NCBI GenBank assembly: GCA_016712315.1
Contig: JADJRG010000022.1
Coordinates: 866,522-930,521 of the forward strand
Source of the DNA: Nannocystis sp.
GTDB lineage: Bacteria; Myxococcota_A; Polyangia; Nannocystales; Nannocystaceae
Direction: 5' to 3'
DNA length: 64,000 nt
Positions within the stretch are counted from its first letter, which is position 1. Every line of letters begins with the position of its first letter. This document shows, one piece after another, positions 54,357 to 62,861 of this stretch. Below the pieces are notes generated by a model. That model was not told the origin of the DNA, searched no databases, and saw nothing but the letters and a program-made list of their open reading frames with translations. A program made the position numbers and the translations under genes.

Positions 54357-55261
54357 AACGAGGGCAACGTCAACGACGCCATCGCCTCGGCGCCGGTGAT
54401 CACCTTCCCTGGCTCTTCGAGCAGCTCCGCCAGCAGCGGCGGGATCGTCAACGCCGCCTCATGGGCGATCCGCGAGTACACCCGCAGCCCCGTCAACCGC
54501 CGGATCCTCGCCTCGAGATCCGCGGGCATCGCCACGATCGGCGCGCAGCTCGCCAGCGTGAACGCCCACAGGCAGTGAAAGGACGGCACCATCGCCAGCA
54601 GCACCCGCACGTGCGGGAACACCGAGGCCAACGTCGATCGCACCGTCCGCAGCGCGCTCAGGTCGACCGGGTCCGCCTCCCCCGACTGCACCACCAAGAT
54701 CCCGTCTTCCGCCATCACCCGCCGCACCTGCTCAAAGAACGGCGCGCTCCACAAGTGCAGCGAAGGCCCCTCCTCCACCGGATCTGTCAGATCGGCGATC
54801 ACCACATCCCAAGCCCCATCCGCCGAGCCCGCCAGCGTCGCCATAAAATCCTCCGTGCGCGACTCGACCCGCGGATCCTCAAACGCCCCTGCGCTCCACC
54901 CTGGCAGGTGCTCGCGGCACAGCGCCACCACCTCCGCGTCGACGTCCACCGCCACCACCGACTCGATCGTCGGGTGCCTTAGCACCTCACGCAGCGTCGC
55001 TCCTTCGCCCGTGCCGCCGATCAGCACACGCCGAGGCGCCCCGTGGATCACCAGCGCCGGGTGGATCAACAGCTCGTGATACATCGCCTCATCCGCGGCC
55101 GTCGACTGGACGTGCCCGTCCAGGAACAGCGCGCGCCCGTAGCCGGGCGTATCCGCGATGATCACCTCTTGAAACGGCGTCTCACGGCGGACGATCAGCC
55201 GCTCCACCTCGATCTCGATCGCCACCCCGCCGTACGACGGCTCCTTCACGAAGATCGGCAC
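54353..55261 (-). CDS. speE: spermidine synthase-like aminopropyltransferase
   Basis: VLIGGTGEGATLREV...VVAVDVD...VIADLTDP matches the SpeE SAM and polyamine sites. There is an N-terminal tetramerisation-like region. Confidence 0.85.
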   Translation of the reverse strand: MPIFVKEPSYGGVAIEIEVERLIVRRETPFQEVIIADTPGYGRALFLDGHVQSTAADEAMYHELLIHPALVIHGAPRRVLIGGTGEGATLREVLRHPTIESVVAVDVDAEVVALCREHLPGWSAGAFEDPRVESRTEDFMATLAGSADGAWDVVIADLTDPVEEGPSLHLWSAPFFEQVRRVMAEDGILVVQSGEADPVDLSALRTVRSTLASVFPHVRVLLAMVPSFHCLWAFTLASCAPIVAMPADLEARIRRLTGLRVYSRIAHEAALTIPPLLAELLEEPGKVITGAEAMASLTLPSL

Positions 55262-55831
55262 CTACACACGCTCCTCTCGTCGCCTCTTGGCTACCACGTC
55301 TCCCTCGCGGCGCGCTCGCCCAGGCCGCCTCGAGATCACGAAGCCGCTCGCGAGCAGCCCCAGCAGCGCGAGCCCCGTCATCGCGCTCAGCGCGCTCCCG
55401 CTCGCCCCCAGCGCCTCGCCCGTGTGGATCGCGAACAGCCACCCGGTCAGCCCGCGCCGCTTGGACGGCGCCGCCTCGATCACCGCCAGCGATCCGTCGA
55501 GCAGCACCCGCGTCTCCGCCTCATCATCGAGCCACACTTGATACGGCTCCTCTGTCCCTGAGGGCAGGGTGATATCCGTCACCGCAGCCCCGCCCGCCGC
55601 CGCCGACGCCGCCGCCGCCAGCGCGTCCAAGCTCGGCCTCGTGCTCGTCGTCGCCGTCACCCGCGGCAGCGGCGTCCGCAGCGCCTCGCGGAAGATCAGC
55701 GCGATCCCGCTCACCGTCACCGTGGCGATCAGCAGCGCTGAAGCCAGCCCGATCCACCGGTGCCACCGCCGCCACGCCCGCCCGCTCATAGCCACTGCCC
55801 CACCCGCCACGGCGTACGCATCCGCGCCCAC
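55262..55831 (-). CDS. PepSY-associated TM helix protein
   Basis: The motif WRRWHRWIGL is followed by a TM helix, a periplasmic segment and a second TM helix. This type of protein is commonly encoded next to TonB-dependent siderophore receptors. The true start may be at MSGRAW (about 55789). Confidence 0.65.
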   Translation of the reverse strand: MGADAYAVAGGAVAMSGRAWRRWHRWIGLASALLIATVTVSGIALIFREALRTPLPRVTATTSTRPSLDALAAAASAAAGGAAVTDITLPSGTEEPYQVWLDDEAETRVLLDGSLAVIEAAPSKRRGLTGWLFAIHTGEALGASGSALSAMTGLALLGLLASGFVISRRPGRARREGDVVAKRRREERV

Positions 55832-58254
55832 GCGTCGATCCGCCGCGCCCCGATCGCCCCCGCCGTCCCCCGCTGCTTCGCCCGCCGCGCCTCCGCCTGC
55901 GCCCGCGCCCCGCGCGGCAAGAAGTCATGCGCGAAGCCCAGGCTCAAGTAGAACGTCCGCGGTCGCATCGCCAAGATCCCGCGGTTCTCATCGTCGGTGC
56001 GCATGAACCACGACTCATTGAGCAGGTTCTTCACCCCGAAGGTCACCTCGATCTGCCACGCGTCGGGCAGCGGCGCGCGCAGCCGCGCGAACGCCCCCAT
56101 CAGCGTATACGCCGGAATTTGCCCCGTCGCCCCGCTCGCGTCGAAGCCCGCGGGTTTGTTCGCGTAGTCCGTAAACTGCGGGCTGTTGTGGCTGACGTCC
56201 GCCCCCAGCTTCAGCCCGAACGGCCACGCGTACTCCGCCGACCCCCACACCTCGTGCGACGGGTACCACGCCAACCGGTTGCCCTTGTACTGCCCCGCCG
56301 AGATCCTGCTCTCGGTCCACGAGTAGCCGGCGCTCACCCCCAGCCCCTCCGCCGCCTCCCAGATCTCACCTGGCTCCCAGGACACCTCCGTCTCGATCCC
56401 CCACACGTGCGCCCCCGCGATCCGATCGATCATCGTCTCGCCCACGTCCGAGAGGTCTTGATAGTGGCGATACCAGCCCGTCACGTCCGCCTCAACCCCC
56501 GCCAGCTCCATCAGCTTCACCCCGCCCTCCACCATGTCGGCGATCTCTGGGTTGAGCTGGAAGTTCATGTCGCTGGTCGCCGTATCGACCTGCAAGAACT
56601 GTGAAGGCCCGAACGAGCGCCCGTAGCCGGCGAATATCGCCACCTCATCGATCGGCCCGAACCACAGCGACCCCGCGGGCAGCACCTGCCAATACGTCCG
56701 CGACAGCGCCCGCTGGCTCAGGTTATTGCGCCCCGCCAAGCTCGCCACCTCCAGCCGCGCGCCGCCGGTGATCACCAGCCGCGAGTCCAGCAGGTTCAGC
56801 TTATCGTCCACATACAGCGCGTAAGCGGCGATCCGCGCGTCCGAGTCCCGGCGGATCTGCGGGTCAGGTTGGTCCTGGTCGAGCGTCAGCCCCTCGCAGC
56901 TCGCCGCCAGCGCCCCGCTGTATACCCCTGGCTGATCGGGCGGCGAGAGCTCCCGGCACTCGCGGCTGCGCCCGCGCTCCAGCATCACCCGCCCGCCGAA
57001 GGACACGTCCTGGAACGCCTCGTTCTTGTGGCGGATCCGCAGCGCGTAGCGCGGCTCGATCCCTCCAACGTCATAGCGACGCGGCCGAAAGTACAGCGTC
57101 GGCGGCTCGTTCTCCAGGCTACGCAGCCGCTCCATCACCGACATCCGCGTCGTGTGGTTAAAGAAGACGATCGTCTGCAGCTCATGATCCTCGCGCGGGC
57201 GCCAGCGAGCGCGCAGCGCCGTGCCGATCCGATCGCCGATGAACCGATCATACGGCCGCACCGAGCGGAAGCGATCCCCCTCGGTGTACTGCTTCTCATC
57301 CAGCCCGCCTGGCAAGTTTGAGGCCTCGTAGAACAAGTGCGTCGTCGACTGCACGTCCAACGATCGCCTCGGCGAGTACGCCAGCTTGACGAGCCCCCCG
57401 TGCGCCTGGAACTCGCTGTGTTGCCGGTAGTTCCGGCCGAAGCGCGGCGCGTACTCGAAGTACATACCCAAGCCCCGGTGCGTGCCCCCGTACGAGGCCG
57501 CCGCGCCCGCGTCACCGAACTGATCCGACTGCGCGAACACGGCGATCCGCGGGTTCTGCGGGATCGGCTTCGAGATCAAGTTAAAGACCCCGCCCGAGGT
57601 CCGCGGCCCGAAGCGCACCGACGAGCCGCCGCGCACCACGTCGTAGTTATCGATCGAGAAGATCGACAGCGGGAACAAGCTGAGCTGCGGCTGCCCGTAC
57701 GGAGCCGGCGCGATCGGCACCTCATCCAACATCACCGTCGCCTCCGAGGAGAGCCGCGGGTTCGCCCCGCGCACGCCCACGTTCAGCTTCGTGCTCGTCG
57801 ACCCGATCCCCGCGTTCCCCTCCACCGAGCGCACCCCTGCCGCGCGGTCCAGCACCTCGCCCACCGACGAAGAGCCGCGGTCCTTCGCCGCCTCGCTCGT
57901 GATCGTCGAGCGCCCGCCGGCGTGCCGGAACAGATCGAAGCGAGACGCCGTGCCCAGCAGATCCGTCGTCACCACGATCAGCCGGCGCATCCCCCCCGCG
58001 TCGTCATCCTCGCCCTCCGCCTCCTCGCCCCCCGCCTCCGCGATCGGGCGCGCCCGCGCCGGCGCGATCGCCTCCTCCTCAGGCGGCGCCTCGTCCGGCA
58101 GCTCCTCCGCGCTCGCCGCGATCGGCGACCTGTCTTCCGAAGCAGGCGAGACCTCCCGGGACGGCGACGCCACCGACTCCGGCCCGACGAACACGCGCTC
58201 GACCGGCGGCGCGGCGGCCAGCGCCAGCGCCACCCCTACAAGAAGCGCCGCCAT
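55786..58254 (-). CDS. TonB-dependent outer-membrane receptor
   Basis: Signal peptide, then a plug domain (NAGIGSTSTKLNVGVRGANPR...DVVRGGSSVRFGP), then a long beta-barrel. The canonical terminal strand RTFYLSLGFAHDF is present but is followed by a further 44 aa with no stop. Confidence 0.85.
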   Translation of the reverse strand: MAALLVGVALALAAAPPVERVFVGPESVASPSREVSPASEDRSPIAASAEELPDEAPPEEEAIAPARARPIAEAGGEEAEGEDDDAGGMRRLIVVTTDLLGTASRFDLFRHAGGRSTITSEAAKDRGSSSVGEVLDRAAGVRSVEGNAGIGSTSTKLNVGVRGANPRLSSEATVMLDEVPIAPAPYGQPQLSLFPLSIFSIDNYDVVRGGSSVRFGPRTSGGVFNLISKPIPQNPRIAVFAQSDQFGDAGAAASYGGTHRGLGMYFEYAPRFGRNYRQHSEFQAHGGLVKLAYSPRRSLDVQSTTHLFYEASNLPGGLDEKQYTEGDRFRSVRPYDRFIGDRIGTALRARWRPREDHELQTIVFFNHTTRMSVMERLRSLENEPPTLYFRPRRYDVGGIEPRYALRIRHKNEAFQDVSFGGRVMLERGRSRECRELSPPDQPGVYSGALAASCEGLTLDQDQPDPQIRRDSDARIAAYALYVDDKLNLLDSRLVITGGARLEVASLAGRNNLSQRALSRTYWQVLPAGSLWFGPIDEVAIFAGYGRSFGPSQFLQVDTATSDMNFQLNPEIADMVEGGVKLMELAGVEADVTGWYRHYQDLSDVGETMIDRIAGAHVWGIETEVSWEPGEIWEAAEGLGVSAGYSWTESRISAGQYKGNRLAWYPSHEVWGSAEYAWPFGLKLGADVSHNSPQFTDYANKPAGFDASGATGQIPAYTLMGAFARLRAPLPDAWQIEVTFGVKNLLNESWFMRTDDENRGILAMRPRTFYLSLGFAHDFLPRGARAQAEARRAKQRGTAGAIGARRIDAWARMRTPWRVGQWL

Positions 58255-58256
58255 GG

Positions 58257-59444
58257 CTACGGCTCGACCACGACGCGGGTCGCCCCGCGCAGGCGCAGGC
58301 TCTCGATCGGATCGTCGAAGAGCGGCGAGAGATCGTCGTGCACCACCACCGACCAGACATCCGGCTGCTCCGGCGTCGGCTCGATCACCCGGTACACCAG
58401 CCCCAGCGGATCGATCCCATAAAGGACCCCATCGACCCGCGCCAGCCCGTCGATGTCGCGGCCCGCCAGCAGCCCGTCGATCACCACCCCCGTCGACGCA
58501 GGGGCCGCCCCAGGCGCCGCCATATCGACGTGGAACAGCGCATTACGATCCACCGGCATGATCGCCGGATCCTCCGCCCGCACCGCCGCCAGCAGCCGCC
58601 CTTGCGGGTCCTCCGTCAGATCGCCCGCGACCCCCACACGATCCTCAAACAGCGCCTCCACTTCGCAGAGCGGGGCGCACGCGTAGTACTTCGGGTCCAA
58701 CGTGCGGTCGTTCGGGAACACGCAGTGCGACGGCGCCTCGAGGAACGAGCTCGGGATCGAAAAGACCCCTCCCCGCGCGTCGAAGCCGTTGCCCGCCTTA
58801 CCCGCCGAACCGACCACCAACGTGTCACCAACGAAGCCCAAGCCGCTGAGCATCTGCCGCCAGTAGCACGCGTCCGTAGCCGCGTCTGAGACCGGCCCAG
58901 GCATGAACGTATAGCGCTCGACCGCCACGTGGTTGTCGGTGCGTCGCCAGTCCGGCACCGTCAACGACACCAGCCCCCATTCATCGTTCAACGCGTCGTA
59001 GCTGAGCCCCCACAGCCCGCGCTGCGGGTGCCACGCCAGGTCACGCACGCCGAAGCGCTCCAGCGAGCCGTCGCCGACCGACAGCGCGCCCATCGAATCG
59101 TCCAGCCACAGGTGCCCGACCCGCGCCAGCCGACAGCCCGACCCGCCGTCTTCACACTCACGGCGCGGATCGTAGAGGTACAAACCAGCGCCGATGTAGC
59201 GCCCCTCGCCGTCGATCGCGAAGTTCGCGGTGAAATTCGAGCGCGGCCCGCTCAGCTTGGCGTTCACCAGCAAGATCGCCTCGCCGCTGGTCACCTGCTC
59301 CGAAGAACAGCCCGGACAGACCTCGATCTCCGCCGGCAGGCCGTCCCCTGCGAAGCCCGTCGGCGGCTCGACCGTCAGCTCGACGCAGCCACCGAGCAAC
59401 ATCACGACACCGGCCCATCGATGAAAACTGAAAATCACTTTCAT
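58257..59444 (-). CDS. hypothetical lipoprotein, first gene of the receptor operon
   Basis: The signal peptide MKVIFSFHRWAGVVMLLGGC starts at ATG 59442-59444. The rest is a beta-rich domain. The gene ends 2 nt before the receptor gene. Confidence 0.6.
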   Translation of the reverse strand: MKVIFSFHRWAGVVMLLGGCVELTVEPPTGFAGDGLPAEIEVCPGCSSEQVTSGEAILLVNAKLSGPRSNFTANFAIDGEGRYIGAGLYLYDPRRECEDGGSGCRLARVGHLWLDDSMGALSVGDGSLERFGVRDLAWHPQRGLWGLSYDALNDEWGLVSLTVPDWRRTDNHVAVERYTFMPGPVSDAATDACYWRQMLSGLGFVGDTLVVGSAGKAGNGFDARGGVFSIPSSFLEAPSHCVFPNDRTLDPKYYACAPLCEVEALFEDRVGVAGDLTEDPQGRLLAAVRAEDPAIMPVDRNALFHVDMAAPGAAPASTGVVIDGLLAGRDIDGLARVDGVLYGIDPLGLVYRVIEPTPEQPDVWSVVVHDDLSPLFDDPIESLRLRGATRVVVEP

Positions 59445-59480
59445 TTTCTTGAGAGTGGTTATCACTGGAAACCGCCTCGG

Positions 59481-59572
59481 TCAACCGGCCAGGTGGTCCT
59501 TCCGCGATGTGAGATTTTCAATATTGCAATTGATTCTTATTTTCATTAAACACCTTGGAACGGTAACAAGCA
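59481..59572. promoter_or_regulatory. AT-rich divergent promoter region with Fur-box-like hexamer repeats
   Basis: This is the only strongly AT-rich intergenic stretch in the window. In operon orientation it reads TTAATGAAAATAAGAATCAATTGCAATATTGAAAATC. By hand alignment it contains GAAAAT/AAGAAT/CAATTG-type hexamers and matches GATAATGATAATCATTATC at about 13/19 positions. Confidence 0.35.
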
Positions 59573-60760
59573 ATGTCTCGCAGCTTCATTCTTTCTAGCC
59601 CCCTCCTCGCGCTCCTGCTCATCACCGCCTCTGGGTGCGCTGGGGACGACAGCTCCACCACCGCCGACACAGACACCGGCACCGACACCGACACCGACAC
59701 CGGCGACGCGGGTCAACTCGGCGACGAAGCCTCGCAAGCCTGCCGAGACGCCATGCTCGCCTGGCCCGCCCTGCTCGCCGCGACCGACGCGCCCACCGTC
59801 GAGGCCGCCTACGTCGGCTCGGCCATCCAAGACTACCTGCGCGCCAGCGACCCCGAAGGCGCCCGCGGCGACGACGCCGCCATCCTCGCGGCGATCGCGG
59901 ACGGCAGCGCCCCCGCCCTCGCTGGCGTCGCCCCACGCGCGAGGGCCGGCCTCGCCGCTCGCCTGCGCCAAGAGATCGCCGCCCCCGAGATGCTCGTCGA
60001 AGATCCCTACGCCGCCTGGGACGAGGGCTACTGCCTCTGGAGCGGCGCTCTGGAGCCGCTCGCGGAGGTCGCCGCCCTCGCGTCCACGAGCGACAGCGAG
60101 CTCGTCAACCAGATCTCCGCCGCGTTCACCGAAGGCCGCGCCGGCATCAGCGGCCAGCCCCCGGCCGCCGCCATCGACGACTGGAAGGTCCCGCCCGCCA
60201 AGCAGATCATCGAGAAGAGCCTCTTCACCGCCGCCGCTCGCGTCATCATCATCGAGGCCAAGTCCGCGGCCGCCGGCGATCTCAGCGCAGCGCGCCGCGC
60301 CCTCGAGCTCTTCGGCCTGGTCCGTGATCGCCTCGAAGGCCGCAACACCCCCGGCATCGCCGTCATCGAGGGCATGCTCAGCGACCCCGGAGCCACCATC
60401 GACCCCGCCGAGATCGAGCGCCAGATGGCGATCGCGTTCGCCAAGCGCACCCGTAAGTACTGCGACGAGGCCCTCCTGACCGGTCTTATCGGCGCCCCCG
60501 CCGGCTACAAGGGCGCCGTCGAAGGCCGCACCTATTTCAAACTCATCGCCCCCGACATGGCCGCGCGCCTCAGCGCCGAAGGCTTCGACGCCGCCGCCCA
60601 CGCCGCCGCCTGGGACAGCTACGTCGACGGCGTGCGCAGCGGCGACGACATCAACGCCCTCACCGATCTCGCCGCCGATCTCGTCGAGTGGAACTGCGCC
60701 TATCAAGCCGCGCTCGGCATCGCCGCCTGCACCGCCAGCGACGATCAGCCGGGCGCCTGA
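59573..60760 (+). CDS. hypothetical lipoprotein (TD-repeat linker), divergent from the receptor operon
   Basis: Lipobox ITASGCA. The linker is TDTGTDTDTDTG, and the rest is an Ala-rich helical domain. Confidence 0.65.
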   Translation: MSRSFILSSPLLALLLITASGCAGDDSSTTADTDTGTDTDTDTGDAGQLGDEASQACRDAMLAWPALLAATDAPTVEAAYVGSAIQDYLRASDPEGARGDDAAILAAIADGSAPALAGVAPRARAGLAARLRQEIAAPEMLVEDPYAAWDEGYCLWSGALEPLAEVAALASTSDSELVNQISAAFTEGRAGISGQPPAAAIDDWKVPPAKQIIEKSLFTAAARVIIIEAKSAAAGDLSAARRALELFGLVRDRLEGRNTPGIAVIEGMLSDPGATIDPAEIERQMAIAFAKRTRKYCDEALLTGLIGAPAGYKGAVEGRTYFKLIAPDMAARLSAEGFDAAAHAAAWDSYVDGVRSGDDINALTDLAADLVEWNCAYQAALGIAACTASDDQPGA

Positions 60761-60788
60761 TCCGCTCGATCCGCGCTAGCCTGCGCGC

Positions 60789-61514
60789 GTGAGCACCCTC
60801 CTCCTCATCCGCCACGGCCAAGCCTCCTTACGGGCCGCCGACTACGACGTGCTCTCCGAGCTCGGCGTCTTGCAATCGCAGCGCCTCGGGGAGCACCTCG
60901 CCGAGCGCGGTCGCGGCTTCGATCGTCTGCTCTGCGGCCCCCTCCGTCGCCAACGCGACACCGCCGAGCACCTACGCGCGGCCGCGGCCGCCCGCGGCCT
61001 CATTCTGCCTGTCCCTGAGGTCATCCCCGGGCTCGACGAGATGCCCGCCCTCGAGCTCTTGAGCGACCACGCCCCCGCGCACGCAGCTCGGGACCCGGAG
61101 CTCAGCGCGCTGCTCAGCGCCCTCCAAGCCGCCGCCGCCGCCGACCGCCCCACCTACCTGCGCGCCTTCGAGCCCTACTTTCAGGCCGTACTTCAGCGCT
61201 GGATCGCCGGGGTCTTCGACCACCACGGCGTCGAGAGCTACGCGCGCTTCCGCGCCCGCGTCGAAGAGAGCCTCGAGGCCGCCCTCTACCGCGCAGGACG
61301 CGGCGCTCGCATCGCCGTCGTCACCTCCGCGGGCCCGATCGGCCTCGCCCTCCGCCGCGCCTTCGACCTCAGCCCATGGGACGGCATGCGCGCCACCTTC
61401 GTCGCCGCCAACACCTCCATCACGGAGCTCCAACACCGCCCCGGCGAGCTCACCCTCACCCTCTTCAACGCCCTCCCACACCTCCACGACCCCGCCCACA
61501 TCACCCTGCGTTAG
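60789..61514 (+). CDS. histidine phosphatase (phosphoglycerate-mutase-like) family protein
   Basis: The RHG motif is present at the N-terminus (LLLIRHGQAS), from a GTG start. Confidence 0.75.
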   Translation: MSTLLLIRHGQASLRAADYDVLSELGVLQSQRLGEHLAERGRGFDRLLCGPLRRQRDTAEHLRAAAAARGLILPVPEVIPGLDEMPALELLSDHAPAHAARDPELSALLSALQAAAAADRPTYLRAFEPYFQAVLQRWIAGVFDHHGVESYARFRARVEESLEAALYRAGRGARIAVVTSAGPIGLALRRAFDLSPWDGMRATFVAANTSITELQHRPGELTLTLFNALPHLHDPAHITLR

Positions 61515-61523
61515 CGGCCCGCG

Positions 61524-62807
61524 TCAGTCGTCGTCATCATCGTCCGCCTCGACCTGCTCGACGCTCACCCGGATGACGTGGCGAGGATCCGCGGCGAGCA
61601 CCTTAAAGCGCAGGCCCTCCCACACGAACACGGAGCCCGCGATCGGGATCTGCCCCGCCAAGTGAGTCAGCAGATCGCCGATGCTCACCACACCTTCGAT
61701 CTCGTCCTCGATCTCGACCCCGAGCCGCTCCTCCACCGCCGACAAGCTGTCTTGTCCGTCGAGGAACGCGAAGCCCGGCTGCTCCTGCTGGACCACCGGC
61801 GCGCGATCCGTCTCGTCGAAGATCTGCCCGACGATCTGCTCGAGCACGTCCTCCAGCGTCACCACGCCCGCCGTGTCGCCCGCGTCATCGACGACGATCG
61901 CTAGGTGAACCCGCTGCTCCTTGAAGCGCTGCAGCAGATCGTGCAGCCGCAGCGACTCCGAGATAAACACCGGCGGCCGCATCACCCGATCAATCGATCC
62001 CGCCTCGGCCACCCCCACGAGCTGCTTGATGTGCAGCACCCCGACGATGTTGTTGATGCTCGACTCGAACACCGGCAGCCGGCTGTGCCCGGAGCGGCTC
62101 GCCACGTCCCGCACCCGCTTCACATCCCACGCCCGGTTCACCGCGGTCACGCGGTCAGCCGGCACCATGATGTCGCGCACGATCTTGTCCTCGAAGCGGA
62201 TGATCCCCTGCAACAGCGCCGCCTGGCCTGCGCGGATCGATCCCTCGCGGTGGCCGACATCGACCAAGTAGCCGATCTCATCCGCCGTCACGCGGTTCGT
62301 CGTGCTCGCGTCGCGATCGCTCACCAGCCGGTTCAGCAGCACGTTCGTCATCTTGCCCGTCAGCCATAGCACCGGCCGCAGCACCTTCCCCAGCACCCCC
62401 AAGAACCACAGCGCCGGCACCGCGACCTTCTCGGAGAAGACCCGACCGATCGCCTTCGGCGTGATCTCCCCGAACACCAGCAACAAGCTCGTCGTCACGA
62501 ACACCGCGATCGCCACCGCGTACTCCCCGTGCGGCCCGCCGCCGAGGTGGCGGATCGCCAGCGCCGTCACCACCGCGCCGAGCAGCGTGTTCACGACGTT
62601 GTTGCCGATCAAGATCGTCGACAGCACCCGCACCGGGTCCACGACCCACGCGTTCATCACCCGCCCGCGAAAGCCGCCCTCCTCGACCATCCGTCGGGCC
62701 CTGCGCTCGTCCAGGCTGGTGATCGCGGTCTCGGAGCCCGAGAAGAACATGCTGGCGAACAAGCACAAGATCGCTGTCAGCAAGCCGAGGGTGTCGGCAT
62801 CATTCAT
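61524..62807 (-). CDS. CNNM/CorC-family membrane protein (hemolysin-like; DUF21 + CBS pair + CorC_HlyC)
   Basis: There are four N-terminal TM helices, then a CBS pair, then a CorC_HlyC C-terminal domain and an acidic tail (DDDDDD). The start was chosen at MNDADTL. Confidence 0.85.
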   Translation of the reverse strand: MNDADTLGLLTAILCLFASMFFSGSETAITSLDERRARRMVEEGGFRGRVMNAWVVDPVRVLSTILIGNNVVNTLLGAVVTALAIRHLGGGPHGEYAVAIAVFVTTSLLLVFGEITPKAIGRVFSEKVAVPALWFLGVLGKVLRPVLWLTGKMTNVLLNRLVSDRDASTTNRVTADEIGYLVDVGHREGSIRAGQAALLQGIIRFEDKIVRDIMVPADRVTAVNRAWDVKRVRDVASRSGHSRLPVFESSINNIVGVLHIKQLVGVAEAGSIDRVMRPPVFISESLRLHDLLQRFKEQRVHLAIVVDDAGDTAGVVTLEDVLEQIVGQIFDETDRAPVVQQEQPGFAFLDGQDSLSAVEERLGVEIEDEIEGVVSIGDLLTHLAGQIPIAGSVFVWEGLRFKVLAADPRHVIRVSVEQVEADDDDDD

Positions 62808-62861
62808 CGTCTGCGCTCGTTTCTCGCACGCGCGCCACGGGTCCCGCAAGCGCCCCGCGCG

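Noticed and set aside
59429-59447. Best single 19-mer Fur-consensus match (GAAAATCACTTTCATTTTC, about 14/19)
   Set aside because: It overlaps the most plausible ATG start (59442-59444) and signal peptide of the lipoprotein gene, so it is probably coding. The upstream hexamer-repeat region 59481-59572 is the better operator candidate.
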